Position numbers and translations under genes: made by a program. From positions 3,107 to 39,284 of the forward strand of contig JALHNY010000004.1 in NCBI GenBank assembly GCA_022843285.1: 36,178 nt of DNA. The letters run 5' to 3'. Each line of letters opens with the position of its first letter. Within the stretch, counting starts at the first letter, position 1. Under the pieces are notes generated by a model. The model was given only the letters and a program-made list of their open reading frames with translations. It was not told where the DNA came from and did no database searches. Positions 9,026 through 18,289 of the stretch are shown piece after piece. The stretch comes from Minisyncoccota bacterium. GTDB taxonomy: Bacteria; Patescibacteriota; Minisyncoccia; UBA6257; 2-01-FULL-56-20.

Positions 9026-9063
9026 GCGGTTTTGGCTCTGTTCATAAGGCGTAAGCGGGTTGG

Positions 9064-9092
9064 AATATACGATGCCCCAGGAAATACGTCAA
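9064..9092 (-). promoter_or_regulatory. Sigma70-type promoter of the infA-rpsI operon
   Basis: Minus strand TTGACG-17 nt-TATATT. Confidence 0.8.
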
Positions 9093-9099
9093 CAGATAC

Positions 9100-10797
9100 C
9101 TAGCGAATCTCGACCCCCACGTCACCCGCCTCCGCCGGGAGCTTGAACCGCCAGAACGGGCGGACGCTCACGGAGGCCTCTTTTACTGCAGATTGGTTCT
9201 TCAGCCACGTGGCCACGTCCCCCCGGCTCTTGCCCGCGGACTCAGCCCGGAGGCTCTCCTCGGTGATCTGGCCGACGATCACGGCCTTCGCGGTCACGGT
9301 GAAGGTCATGCGGCCGTCCGCGAACTGCGGCGCCACGTCGGCGTAACCAATCTCGATGCTGCGGAACGTCGTGGGGTAGCTGATGCCCGCTTGGGTGGCC
9401 GCCTGCTGCAGGAGCAGCTCCTTGAGGTCTTCCTCCCTGAACGCGAGCGCGGTGACGTTAGCCTGGCCCACCACGTTGAAGTTCCCCTGCTCGTCCACGT
9501 CCTTGTTCACGGTGAGCTGGGTGGGTTCCACGGTGACCGCGCCGTCGATGACGGTGAGGCCCGGCGCCTGTGCGATGACCTTCACGCGGTGGCTGGATGC
9601 GAGCATCTCGGTAATCTTGGTCCGCGCGCCCTCCTCGTCCGCGGAGGTCACCACGCGCTCGGACGGCGGGACGGAAGGCTCGGCGGCGGCTGACTCCTCC
9701 TTGGGCTTCGAGAGCGTCGCGTAGAAGAGCGACTCCTTGTCCGTGCCGGCGAGCCCCGGAACGGTGAGGCGCTCCCCGTCGCTCGCACCACTGAGCACCG
9801 CGGCACTCTCCGGCGTCACCTCGACGGTCGCGGAGCCCGGGGTCAGCTTGTCGCCGTCCCTCTTCGCCGCGGGAATGGCCACGGCGCTCGCCGCGCGGAA
9901 GATGCCGCTCTTCCCCTGGAAACGCGTGCGCACGACGAACGTCTCGGCGCTGAGGCTCTCGTTGTACACCGTGACGCGCGGCTTGGAAGCAGCCGGCGCC
10001 TCCCCCGCACCGGGGGCTCCGGTGGCGGCGAAGGACTGGGCGATGCTCCGATTCTGCTCCGGGAAGAGCTGGCCGGGGATGGACATCGTGCCCACCGTGG
10101 ACGTCGTCACGGACGTCGCCGCCGTGACGGTCGCCGTGTACTCCCACGGCGTCTCGGCGAGCGTCACCGAGACGCTGCCGCCGCGGAAGAACCCCTCCCC
10201 CACGCCGACGACCAGAGCCACCGCGACGAGCGCGGTCACGGCGAGGCGCACCTTGGAGACGCGGCGCCCGCCCTTCCTGGGCTGGTCCTCCGTGAGCGCG
10301 GGGCGGGAGCCCGCGTCCCCGTGCTCACCCGCGGGCTCTCCGCTACCCTCGCGGGCTGCGGGCTTTGCCTCAACGGAGGGGCGCGACGAGACCGGGGTCG
10401 GGAGCGGGTGCTGGTGCATCTCGTACTGCTCCGGACTCACCTTCACCGGGGTGTCGTGGGCTCCCTTCTCCGCGTGCACGGGGACGCGCGGGTGCTGCAC
10501 GTCATTTTTCACGATGCCATCCAGGGAGAGGTGGCGCCGGTCCGCGCGGAAGAACGGGTGCACGGTCTCCAGGTGCGCGGCGTGCGCCAGGGAGAGCAGC
10601 TCCTCGTCCACCGATTCGATGGCAACGGCAATACCGCGCTCCGCGGCAGCCTCGCCAATTTTCGCGAGGCCCTCGCGATCTGCGAGCGACGACCCGCGGG
10701 GCGCGACGACGGTCAGCGCGCTCTCGCGCGACGCTTCCAGTGCTTCCAGAACTCGGTCCGGACCGTCGTCGCGCGTGAGAATAAGTTTTTTCGCCAT
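9100..10797 (-). CDS. Single-pass membrane protein with a baseplate-J-like extracellular region (CPR-type, partner of the FtsA-like gene)
   Basis: Start MAKKLIL at 10797. Cytoplasmic alpha/beta N-domain, Pro/charged linker, TM helix, then VTVYNE..TRF..IFR..PGSATVEV..LTVPGL and a C-terminal PFWRFKLP. The family is recognised from memory of CPR proteins. Confidence 0.65.
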   Translation of the reverse strand: MAKKLILTRDDGPDRVLEALEASRESALTVVAPRGSSLADREGLAKIGEAAAERGIAVAIESVDEELLSLAHAAHLETVHPFFRADRRHLSLDGIVKNDVQHPRVPVHAEKGAHDTPVKVSPEQYEMHQHPLPTPVSSRPSVEAKPAAREGSGEPAGEHGDAGSRPALTEDQPRKGGRRVSKVRLAVTALVAVALVVGVGEGFFRGGSVSVTLAETPWEYTATVTAATSVTTSTVGTMSIPGQLFPEQNRSIAQSFAATGAPGAGEAPAASKPRVTVYNESLSAETFVVRTRFQGKSGIFRAASAVAIPAAKRDGDKLTPGSATVEVTPESAAVLSGASDGERLTVPGLAGTDKESLFYATLSKPKEESAAAEPSVPPSERVVTSADEEGARTKITEMLASSHRVKVIAQAPGLTVIDGAVTVEPTQLTVNKDVDEQGNFNVVGQANVTALAFREEDLKELLLQQAATQAGISYPTTFRSIEIGYADVAPQFADGRMTFTVTAKAVIVGQITEESLRAESAGKSRGDVATWLKNQSAVKEASVSVRPFWRFKLPAEAGDVGVEIR

Positions 10798-10811
10798 GTG
10801 TGTTGGGTGTA

Positions 10812-11954
10812 CTAGATAGCCCCAGCAGTGCCCAGCCATGCGATGCGCTGGCGGAGCCACGCGTTGAGCTTGCTGTAGCGCTCACTATAGTAGAATTCGG
10901 AAAACGCTGCCAGGACGAGCGCGTCGGCATCGGCGCTCTCGAGCGCCAGCCCGGTGGATCGGAGCGGCTCGTGCGGCTTCACGCGGACGAGCTCAATCGC
11001 CCCCCTGCCAGAGGACGGCGGGAGGTGCGCGTCGGTCACGGTGGCAATGGAGTCGCGCACCTTCAGGCTCGCGAGCTCTCGGTCCAGCGCGCGGCGCGGC
11101 TCCGCCACGACGCCCTCAATAGCCGCAGCCACCTCACCGTACGCAGCACCGGCTGCGTACCCCGCGAGGACGTCGTCGGCTGCCTCAGCCGATAGCGCCC
11201 AGCGCACCTCGAGCTCGCGCGTCACGTCAGCCGGAGACCACCCGAGCGGCATGCGCGTCACCTCGCGCATCGGGGCGCCCTCCGGCGGTGCCACGATGAG
11301 CACGGACGGGCTCCCCTGGGCGACGAGCAGCTTGTCCGCCACCGGGTCGTGGCCGGCAACCAGCGCCCACGCCGGATCGGCGAAGAACGGCGCCGGCGCG
11401 GCTTCGCGCCCGCGCTCGAAGGTGTCCCGGGAGACGAAGCGCACGGTGACGTCGATGTCCACGCGCCCGCCCACGAGCTCGTGTGGGTTGAGCACCTCGC
11501 TCCCCTCCACGCGCACGGAGTCCACGCGGAAGGACACGAGCACGGCATCGATGGGATCCACGCCGAGCTTCTCGGCGATGCGCGCGCGGTGCTCAGCCCA
11601 GAGCGTCACCTGCAGCTTCTTGAGCGCCTCCTGGAACTCTCCCGCGTGCACGCGCGTGTCCGGGCGCGGGCGCTCCAGCGTGATGCTCGTCGCGAGCGTC
11701 ACCGCATCGAGGGGCGGCGTGGCGATGACCACGGGTGGCAGGTACGGCACCGCCGCGGGGTGCGGCGCGGCGAGGTCAGCCCACGGCACGCCGAACACCT
11801 GGCTCGAGATGGCGACGTGGTGCGCGTCGCGCACGTGATCGATGAAGTACGCGTCCGCTGTGGCACCGCCCGGCACGAGCACGAGCGCGCGATCACGCTT
11901 CCCCGCAGATCCGGGACGGGCGTGACGCGCGAGCGCGGCTAGCGTGCGGAGCAT
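10812..11954 (-). CDS. Divergent FtsA-like (actin-fold) protein
   Basis: VRVEGSEVLNPHELVGGRVDIDV resembles the FtsA 1C/SHS2 segment; PLGWSPADVTRELEVRWALSAEAAD resembles the FtsA 'GG..IT.DI...L......AE' segment. Confidence 0.5.
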   Translation of the reverse strand: MLRTLAALARHARPGSAGKRDRALVLVPGGATADAYFIDHVRDAHHVAISSQVFGVPWADLAAPHPAAVPYLPPVVIATPPLDAVTLATSITLERPRPDTRVHAGEFQEALKKLQVTLWAEHRARIAEKLGVDPIDAVLVSFRVDSVRVEGSEVLNPHELVGGRVDIDVTVRFVSRDTFERGREAAPAPFFADPAWALVAGHDPVADKLLVAQGSPSVLIVAPPEGAPMREVTRMPLGWSPADVTRELEVRWALSAEAADDVLAGYAAGAAYGEVAAAIEGVVAEPRRALDRELASLKVRDSIATVTDAHLPPSSGRGAIELVRVKPHEPLRSTGLALESADADALVLAAFSEFYYSERYSKLNAWLRQRIAWLGTAGAI

Positions 11955-11958
11955 GGAA

Positions 11959-13002
11959 TCAGAAGAAGCGCGCGAGGAAGTACAGCAGCAGGCCGAGCGC
12001 CGAAGCCATGGCCGCGATGATCCAGAAGCGCATCGTCACCTGGCTCTCGGGCCAGCCGAGCGCCTCGAAGTGGTGGTGAATCGGGGCAGAGCGGAACACC
12101 TTCCGCTTGAACACCTTCTTCGAGAAGACCTGGATGATGACGGACAGCGACTCTATCACGAGGATGGCCGCAAAGAACGGGAGGAAGAGCGCCGTGTTCG
12201 TGAGCATCGCGATGGTGCCGATGGTGATGCCGAGCGCCATGGACCCCGTGTCCCCCATGAAGAAACGCGCGGGGTGGATGTTGTACCAGAGGAACGCGAG
12301 CAGCGCCCCGATGACCGCGCCGCCGAAGACGGCGAGGTCGTAGCGGCCGATCGCGAAGGCCACGGCGGTCAGCGCCAGGAACGCGAAGAGCGAGACGCCG
12401 CCGAGCAGGCCATCCAGGCCGTCCGTCTCGTTGGCCGAGAACGCGGACGCGATGAGAATGAACATGAAGACCGGCACGTACCACACGCCAATCTCGAAGC
12501 TGCCGTAGAACGGCACCTGGATGACGTCGAACCCGAGGCGGACGTAGAACCACCACGCGCCGAGCGCCGCGAGCGCCGTGTATATGACGATCTTGTGCTT
12601 CACCGTCAGCCCCCCGCCCTTGGCGCCACCCTTCTTGCGCGCGTTGAACCAGTCATCGAGGAAGCCGAGCGTGCCCGCGAGCACGAGCGCCGCGAGCGGC
12701 AGGTACGTCTCGGCGCGGCTCACGAAGCTGAGGCGCTCGAAGAACCCGCCGAGCGCCGCGCCGAGCCCCCAGAGCACGAGCGCGATTGCCGTGACCGTTC
12801 CCCAGATGATGAAGCCGCCGCCGTTGAGCGTGCCCGCCTTCTTCTGGTGCAGCTGCGAGAAGACCGGCGTCTCCTCCGTGGTGCGGATGCTCTTGCCGAA
12901 GCCCCAGCTCTCGAGCACGCGGAGCCAGATGGGCGTGACCACCAGCGCCCCGACGAACGCGAGGGCGGTGAGCGCAATGATTCTTATTCCTTCTTCAATC
13001 AC
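11959..13002 (-). CDS. mraY: Phospho-N-acetylmuramoyl-pentapeptide transferase
   Basis: KKAGT..GG, GFLDD, NETDGLDGL, PARFFMGDTGS, APIHHHFE. Confidence 0.97.
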   Translation of the reverse strand: MIEEGIRIIALTALAFVGALVVTPIWLRVLESWGFGKSIRTTEETPVFSQLHQKKAGTLNGGGFIIWGTVTAIALVLWGLGAALGGFFERLSFVSRAETYLPLAALVLAGTLGFLDDWFNARKKGGAKGGGLTVKHKIVIYTALAALGAWWFYVRLGFDVIQVPFYGSFEIGVWYVPVFMFILIASAFSANETDGLDGLLGGVSLFAFLALTAVAFAIGRYDLAVFGGAVIGALLAFLWYNIHPARFFMGDTGSMALGITIGTIAMLTNTALFLPFFAAILVIESLSVIIQVFSKKVFKRKVFRSAPIHHHFEALGWPESQVTMRFWIIAAMASALGLLLYFLARFF

Positions 13003-13931
13003 TGGTTTGGTGTACTGAGTGTCGCGCGGAGCCCCCGCGTGTCAGCGAATCGCTGCTCACTGCCGAGTACCACGAACGCCACGTCACGCCCGCCGATTCG
13101 GAACAGCGAGAGCAGGTTTCCCCGCGCTTCGTCCGTGTACCCGGTCTTTCCTCCCAGAAATCCTGGGTCCCGGATGAGCTGGTGCGTTGCGTACGCAGTA
13201 TACGGCATCGTGCTGCTCGCCGCACTCACGCTCACGGATCCTCGCATCGTGGCGGCGAAGACCTCCGGGTGCGCCTGGCGGACTTTCGCGGCGAGCACCG
13301 CCACCTCGCGCGCCGTGCTCTGGTTTCCCGCCGAGAGTCCCGAGGGGTCCTGGAAGATCGTCTTGGTCAGCCCCCACTCCACCGCCCTCGCGTTCATCGC
13401 GGCGATGAACTCCTCGCGGCCGACGTGCGCGGCGAGGCTCTCAGCTGCCTCGTTGCTCGACGAGACGAGCATCACGTCGAGCACGTCGCGCATGGCGAAC
13501 GTCGCGCCGACCGGAATGCCCGGAGAGGACGGGTTGCCGCCCGGCACGGGCACGATCACGACGGGGGCATCAACCGGGATGCGCTCGAGCGCGACGCTCG
13601 CCGTCATGATTTTCGTGATGCTCGCGAGGGGCCAGCGCACCTGGCTCTCGCGGCTCGCCATGATCTCCCCCGTCGCGAGGTCCTCCACGACGTACGCGCG
13701 CGCGAGAATCGGCGCGGGCTTCACCTCCGCCGGCGCAGAGGATGAGGCTGTAGTGGTCGCCGGCTCGAGCGGCGCGCCGTCCGGCTGCACCGGCGGGGAC
13801 TGCACCTCCGGTGGCTGCTGCGCCCCGGGTTCTCCCCCGCTGCGCGACACCACGGTGACGGTGCCCGCCACCGCGACTGACGCGATGACCGCGGCGAACG
13901 CGCCAAAGAGCGCCGCCTGGCGGTGCGTCAT
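12999..13931 (-). CDS. D-alanyl-D-alanine carboxypeptidase, peptidase S11 family
   Basis: All three penicillin-binding motifs present: SITK, SSN and KTG; N-terminal TM anchor. Confidence 0.92.
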   Translation of the reverse strand: MTHRQAALFGAFAAVIASVAVAGTVTVVSRSGGEPGAQQPPEVQSPPVQPDGAPLEPATTTASSSAPAEVKPAPILARAYVVEDLATGEIMASRESQVRWPLASITKIMTASVALERIPVDAPVVIVPVPGGNPSSPGIPVGATFAMRDVLDVMLVSSSNEAAESLAAHVGREEFIAAMNARAVEWGLTKTIFQDPSGLSAGNQSTAREVAVLAAKVRQAHPEVFAATMRGSVSVSAASSTMPYTAYATHQLIRDPGFLGGKTGYTDEARGNLLSLFRIGGRDVAFVVLGSEQRFADTRGLRATLSTPNQ

Positions 13932-14497
13932 TGCCCCTGCTTCTCCCCGGACGCGTCGCGCGCCGCGAGGCTGCGGGTCAGGAGGGCGCCGAGCTCGTCA
14001 AAGTCGGGCAGAGCCTCACGGTCCGTGATGCCCATGTCGCGCAGGAACTCGGCGGTGACCTGGTACCGGTGCTCACCCTTCCCCTCGCGCGTGCGCTCCA
14101 CCATGCCGCGCACCATGAGCGTCCGCAGCGACACTGCGGAGCTGACGCCGCGCACGTGGTCAATCTTAGCTCGCGAGATGGGGCCGAAGTACGCGACGAG
14201 CGCGAGCGTCTCTAAGGAAGCGGGGCCGAGGTCCTGGGACAGCTCGCCACGCAGCAGCTCCGCAATCTGGTCCGCAAAGCGCGGGTGCGTGACGAGCTGC
14301 GCGGAGGCGCCGTGGCGCAGGAGGGCGAGCCCGCGGGACTCGTCCGCGTCGAGGCTGCTCTCGAGCGCGGCGAGCGCAGCTTCCACCTCCCCGACGCTCG
14401 CGCCGGTGAGCGCGGCGAGCCGGTCGGAGACCAGGGGCTCCCCGTGGGCGAAGAGGATCGCCTCGATGGCGCCCTGGAGGTTACGTGGTGCTGCCAT
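13928..14497 (-). CDS. scpB: SMC-Scp complex subunit ScpB
   Basis: IEAILFAHGEP, ASLETLALVAYFGPISRAKIDHVRGV, YQVTAEFL. Confidence 0.96.
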   Translation of the reverse strand: MAAPRNLQGAIEAILFAHGEPLVSDRLAALTGASVGEVEAALAALESSLDADESRGLALLRHGASAQLVTHPRFADQIAELLRGELSQDLGPASLETLALVAYFGPISRAKIDHVRGVSSAVSLRTLMVRGMVERTREGKGEHRYQVTAEFLRDMGITDREALPDFDELGALLTRSLAARDASGEKQGQ

Positions 14498-15242
14498 GTT
14501 CCAGGACTATATCCGAGAAGGGTTCCTCCTGCACGAGCGAGACGCGCTGGTCTCGCGCCAGGTGCAGGGCCGCCAGGAACATCACGATGGAGTCCGCGCG
14601 CGAGATGCCGCTCGTGAGCTCGGAGAACTTTGCCGACCCGGCGGAGGCGAGGCGGTGCACGACGTCCGAGATGGCCTTCTGCAGCGAGATGACTTTGTGC
14701 CTCACCTCGGCCACCTCCTTCGCGACGAGCGTCGCCAGCTGCAGCACGCGGGAGGCAGCCTCGTGGAGCGCGCCGACCTCGAGGCCCGGCGGCGGCGCGA
14801 ACACCGCGCGGTCCGTGCCGGCGCGCACGCCCTTGAGGTACGGGCGGCTCACGAGGGGCTGTCGCTTCAGGTACGCGCGGCGAAACGCCAGGAGCGCGGG
14901 CTTCACGGCCTGGTACGTGCGCAGCTGCTCGGCGAGGAGCTCAGGGTCCTCGACGTCGACGGTTGCCTCCTCGTCACTCGGCAGGAGGGCGCGCGACTTG
15001 AGCAGCAGGAGGCGCGTGGCGACCGACAGGAAGTCGGCGATGGTCTGCACGAGTGAGACCGGGCGCGGCTCCGGCACGCGCGTGAGCTCCCCCACGTACC
15101 GCATGAAGTCTCCGGTGACCGCGGTGAGGTTAACTTCGTTGAGCTCCAGCTTCTTGCGCTCCACGAGCTCGAGGAGCGCGTCGAGCGGACCCGAGAAACC
15201 GGCGAGCTCTACCTCGTACCTCTTCACGGGACCTGCAGCCAC
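14481..15242 (-). CDS. scpA: Segregation/condensation protein ScpA (kleisin)
   Basis: FSGPLDALLELV, ADFLSVATRLLLLKSRALLP, FLAALHL, QEEPFSDI. Confidence 0.96.
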   Translation of the reverse strand: MAAGPVKRYEVELAGFSGPLDALLELVERKKLELNEVNLTAVTGDFMRYVGELTRVPEPRPVSLVQTIADFLSVATRLLLLKSRALLPSDEEATVDVEDPELLAEQLRTYQAVKPALLAFRRAYLKRQPLVSRPYLKGVRAGTDRAVFAPPPGLEVGALHEAASRVLQLATLVAKEVAEVRHKVISLQKAISDVVHRLASAGSAKFSELTSGISRADSIVMFLAALHLARDQRVSLVQEEPFSDIVLEHGSTT

Positions 15243-16612
15243 TGCGCAGCCGCGGCGAGGGACGCCTCGGGGTCAGAGGCGCCGGCAATGGAGATGGCAA
15301 CCTGGCGCTTGCCGCCCGCGGTCTCGATGGTCACGACCGCAACGGCGGGGAGGCCGCTCCCCTTCGCGGGTGCCGCGCCGCCGACGAAGCCCGGGAGCGC
15401 GAGGAGGTTCTCGCTGTGCTTGAGGTCACCCCAAATCGGCGGGTCGTACGCCAGGTTGCCGCGGCTGTTGCGCGAGAGGTCCAGGACGAAGACGCGGTTC
15501 TCCGCGAGGTAGCGCGCCAGGAGCGCGACGTCCGCGGGCGTCGTGCGGTTCTCCGGGCTCGAGGCGTCCACGTTCACGATCTTCGTGTTCGCCATCCCGA
15601 TCGAGCGCGCCTTCGCGTTCATGTACCGCACGAACGTCTCCTCTCCCCGGAACGAGGCGATGGTGCGCGCCGCCTCGACGTCTCCCTCGGACAGGAGCAG
15701 GCGCAGGAGGTCCAGCACGCTCACGCGCGAGATGGGCGCGAGGCGCGCGGACCCTTCCGCCGGCCCCACGGACAGGTTGCTCTCCACGTTCACGTAATCC
15801 ACGGCGGTGAGGGCGGTGAGCATGTTCAGGGCCGGGCCGAACGACGTCTCCGCGTCCGCGTTCCTCGAGCGGACGTGCGTGCCGCTCGTCACGTCCGCGA
15901 TGACGAAGTCTCCCTCGAGCAGCGGGTCTCCCGCGAAGTCGGGCAGCGGCTCCACCTCGACTGGCTCCTTGTACACGAGGACCGGCATGCCCACCTCAGC
16001 CGCATCGTACACCTGCTTGGCGTACTGGTCCTCCATGCGGATGCAGCCCCCGGAGTACGACGTGGAGACCGGCGTGCCGTCCGGGTAGTACGGCCAGCCG
16101 TGGATGAAGTAGTTACCCTGGAACACGAGGCTCCACGGCTGGTACACGTGGCCGAAGGACGAGAAGTGGTTCTCCTTCTTGAGCGAGACGCTGTACACCC
16201 CGACCGGCGTCTCCCACCAGGAGCCCACCTTTCCCTTTCCCTTGATGGGGAGGTCGAGCGCCACCTCGCCGCCGCGGTACACCTTGATGTTCATGTCCGT
16301 CAGGTTCGCCTCGATGAAGTCCTTCTTCTCGGCAACCAGGCGATCCCGCGTGTACAGCACGTGCGACGCGGAGACGGCCGTGGTGGACGAGCTCACCGCA
16401 GACTCCGTGATCTTGGGGTCGGGGCGCAGGATGGGCGCGTCGTCTTTGCGCTCCGCCACGGCCTCTCCCGCCACGAGGTCCGTCCACGTGTCGCGCAGCG
16501 CGCTCGCCCAGTTCGGCCAGAGCGCCGTGGCGAGCAGCGTCAGCCCCCCGATGACCAAGATGGCGAGCCCAAGGTAGATTGGGAGAGACGGGGAGGTGAG
16601 GAGTCGCTTCAC
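15224..16612 (-). CDS. L,D-transpeptidase (YkuD) fused to a degenerate peptidase-S11 domain; start uncertain (GTG 16612 chosen)
   Basis: ETPVGVY and YFIHGW...SGGCIRM carry the catalytic His/Cys. The C-terminal half has an S11 scaffold (FVRYMNAKARSIGMANT, TTPADVALLA) without SxxK, SxN or KTG. Confidence 0.85.
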   Translation of the reverse strand: MKRLLTSPSLPIYLGLAILVIGGLTLLATALWPNWASALRDTWTDLVAGEAVAERKDDAPILRPDPKITESAVSSSTTAVSASHVLYTRDRLVAEKKDFIEANLTDMNIKVYRGGEVALDLPIKGKGKVGSWWETPVGVYSVSLKKENHFSSFGHVYQPWSLVFQGNYFIHGWPYYPDGTPVSTSYSGGCIRMEDQYAKQVYDAAEVGMPVLVYKEPVEVEPLPDFAGDPLLEGDFVIADVTSGTHVRSRNADAETSFGPALNMLTALTAVDYVNVESNLSVGPAEGSARLAPISRVSVLDLLRLLLSEGDVEAARTIASFRGEETFVRYMNAKARSIGMANTKIVNVDASSPENRTTPADVALLARYLAENRVFVLDLSRNSRGNLAYDPPIWGDLKHSENLLALPGFVGGAAPAKGSGLPAVAVVTIETAGGKRQVAISIAGASDPEASLAAAAQWLQVP

Positions 16613-16739
16613 AATGTGCACATTATGCACTGAGTCTCCCGGGGGTTCTACCTTTGCGCTGCATTGACGCGCGTCCAAAAACTACGTACAAGAGTAACCA
16701 GATGTAACGTCTAAAAATTCATACGAATGGAGGTGGTTT

Positions 16740-17060
16740 ATGGCCACTAACCCCAAAGGCTTCATGCTCAACGTGCAAACGGAGAGCGGCAGGAGCTACG
16801 TCATAATGTCGGAACCGAAGGAGCCCGGGGCATTCCGGGTCCTTATATTCAACGTCGAGGGAACGCTCTGCGAGAACGTCCCGAAGGCACGGATCGAGGT
16901 CAGCGGGAAGGAGAAGGGCGCGCCGTACCTGCGGTGCGAACCTGAGCTGCGGGAGCTCGCGGAGGGTCTAGCCCTGCGCGTCGTCTCCCTGGTGCCCAGC
17001 GCGGGCAAGACCCAGAACTGGAAATCTACCCCGATAATCGAGGTCGAGCGGTTCGAGTAA
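16740..17060 (+). CDS. Hypothetical protein (orphan with its own promoter, SD and terminator)
   Basis: 106-aa ORF; GGAGGT SD; TTGACG-17-TACAAG upstream; hairpin terminator downstream. Confidence 0.7.
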   Translation: MATNPKGFMLNVQTESGRSYVIMSEPKEPGAFRVLIFNVEGTLCENVPKARIEVSGKEKGAPYLRCEPELRELAEGLALRVVSLVPSAGKTQNWKSTPIIEVERFE

Positions 17061-17067
17061 CAAAAGG

Positions 17068-17096
17068 AGGGCCAGCTGCGTGCAGCTGGCCCTTTC
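17068..17096 (+). terminator. Intrinsic terminator
   Basis: AGGGCCAGCTGC / GCAGCTGGCCCT followed by a pyrimidine run. Confidence 0.75.
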
Positions 17097-17135
17097 TCAT
17101 TGGCGAATCCCCCGCCTGGCTCCATAATGCGGCTG

Positions 17136-18245
17136 ATGGCATCCCTGTACCGCACGCACCGCCCGAAGACGCTCGCCAACCTCATCGGGCAGGACCAGGT
17201 CGCCGCGACGCTCCGCAACGCCGCCGCCTCCGGCCGCATAGGGCACGCGTACCTCTTCTCCGGCCCCCGCGGCACGGGCAAGACCACCACAGCCCGCATC
17301 CTCGCCAAGCTCCTCGTCTGCAGGAAGCGCGAGGAGGACGCGAAGTTCGCCGCGGAGGGTGAGGCCTGCAACGACTGCGACCGCTGCGTCGCCGTGGATT
17401 CCGGCGCACTGCTCGACGTCGTCGAGATTGACGCGGCGAGCAACCGAGGCATCGACGAGATCCGCGAGCTGCGCGAGCGCATCCGCGCGGTGCCCACGCA
17501 GGGGCCGAAGAAGGTGTACATCATCGACGAGGCGCACATGCTCACGACCCCGGCGTGGAACGCGCTCCTCAAGACGCTCGAGGAGCCGCCCGCGCACGGC
17601 GTGATCATCCTGGCCACCACCGATGCCGAGAAGCTCCCCGCGACCATAACCTCGCGCACGCAGCGCTTCTCGTTCCGCCGCCCGGGCAAGGCTGACCTGG
17701 TCGCGAAGCTCGCGGGCATCGCAGAGGCTGAGGGCATCCAGATTGACGAGGACGCCCTCGAGCTCGTTGCGGCAGCCTCGGGCGGGAGCTTCCGCGACGC
17801 GGAGTCCCTCCTCGAGCAGGCGCGCGGCGCCGGGGCGACAATCACGGTCACGCACCTCGAGCAGCTCTTCGGGCGCGTCAGCTCCACGCGCGTGCACGCG
17901 CTCGCCGATGCCATTGCAAAAAACGACGCGGGTGCGGCGCTCACCATCCTCAACGAGAGCGAGGTGGCGGGCGCGAGCATCTCGGACCTCGCCAAGCAGC
18001 TCGTCCACTACCTCCGCCGCGCGACCGCCATCACGGCGGACGCGTCCGTTGCCGAGCTGTACCGCGACGCCCTCACCGCTGACGAGCTCGAGACGCTGAA
18101 GGGCTTCTCCTCTTCCCTGACCCCGGAGCGCGGCATCTACCTGACGCGCACGTTCCTGGAGGCGTACCGCGAGCTGCGCACCTCTCCCCTCGAGTCCGTG
18201 CCGCTCGAAATTGCGATTGTGGAGGCGACGCGCGAACTGAAATGA
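17136..18245 (+). CDS. dnaX: DNA polymerase III subunit gamma/tau, short form (no tau C-terminal extension)
   Basis: LYRTHRP, HAYLFSGPRGTGKTT, CNDCDRC, EIDAASNRG, IIDEAHML, NALLKTLEEPP; CATAAT 7 nt before ATG 17136. Confidence 0.97.
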   Translation: MASLYRTHRPKTLANLIGQDQVAATLRNAAASGRIGHAYLFSGPRGTGKTTTARILAKLLVCRKREEDAKFAAEGEACNDCDRCVAVDSGALLDVVEIDAASNRGIDEIRELRERIRAVPTQGPKKVYIIDEAHMLTTPAWNALLKTLEEPPAHGVIILATTDAEKLPATITSRTQRFSFRRPGKADLVAKLAGIAEAEGIQIDEDALELVAAASGGSFRDAESLLEQARGAGATITVTHLEQLFGRVSSTRVHALADAIAKNDAGAALTILNESEVAGASISDLAKQLVHYLRRATAITADASVAELYRDALTADELETLKGFSSSLTPERGIYLTRTFLEAYRELRTSPLESVPLEIAIVEATRELK

Positions 18246-18270
18246 GCCACCTCAAAATCGAGGTGGCTCA
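18243..18270. terminator. Hairpin between convergent dnaX and an orphan gene
   Basis: TGAGCCACCTC / GAGGTGGCTCA, 11-bp stem; no strong U tract. Confidence 0.6.
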
Positions 18271-18289
18271 CGGTTAAAGATTCGGAACC

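Noticed and set aside
9100-10797. Prophage or contractile tail locus suggested by the baseplate-J-like protein
   Set aside because: No sheath, tube, terminase or integrase genes; the protein has a TM anchor and sits in a housekeeping operon.
11944-14028. Long antisense/alternate-frame ORFs (694 aa here; also 31838-34087, 23506-25185, 33657-35135, 21688-22980)
   Set aside because: Shadows of real opposite-strand genes in high-GC DNA; Arg/Ala/Gly-rich with no motifs.
17136-18245. Programmed frameshift extending DnaX to tau
   Set aside because: A stop, a hairpin and a convergent gene follow; there is no downstream tau-like frame.
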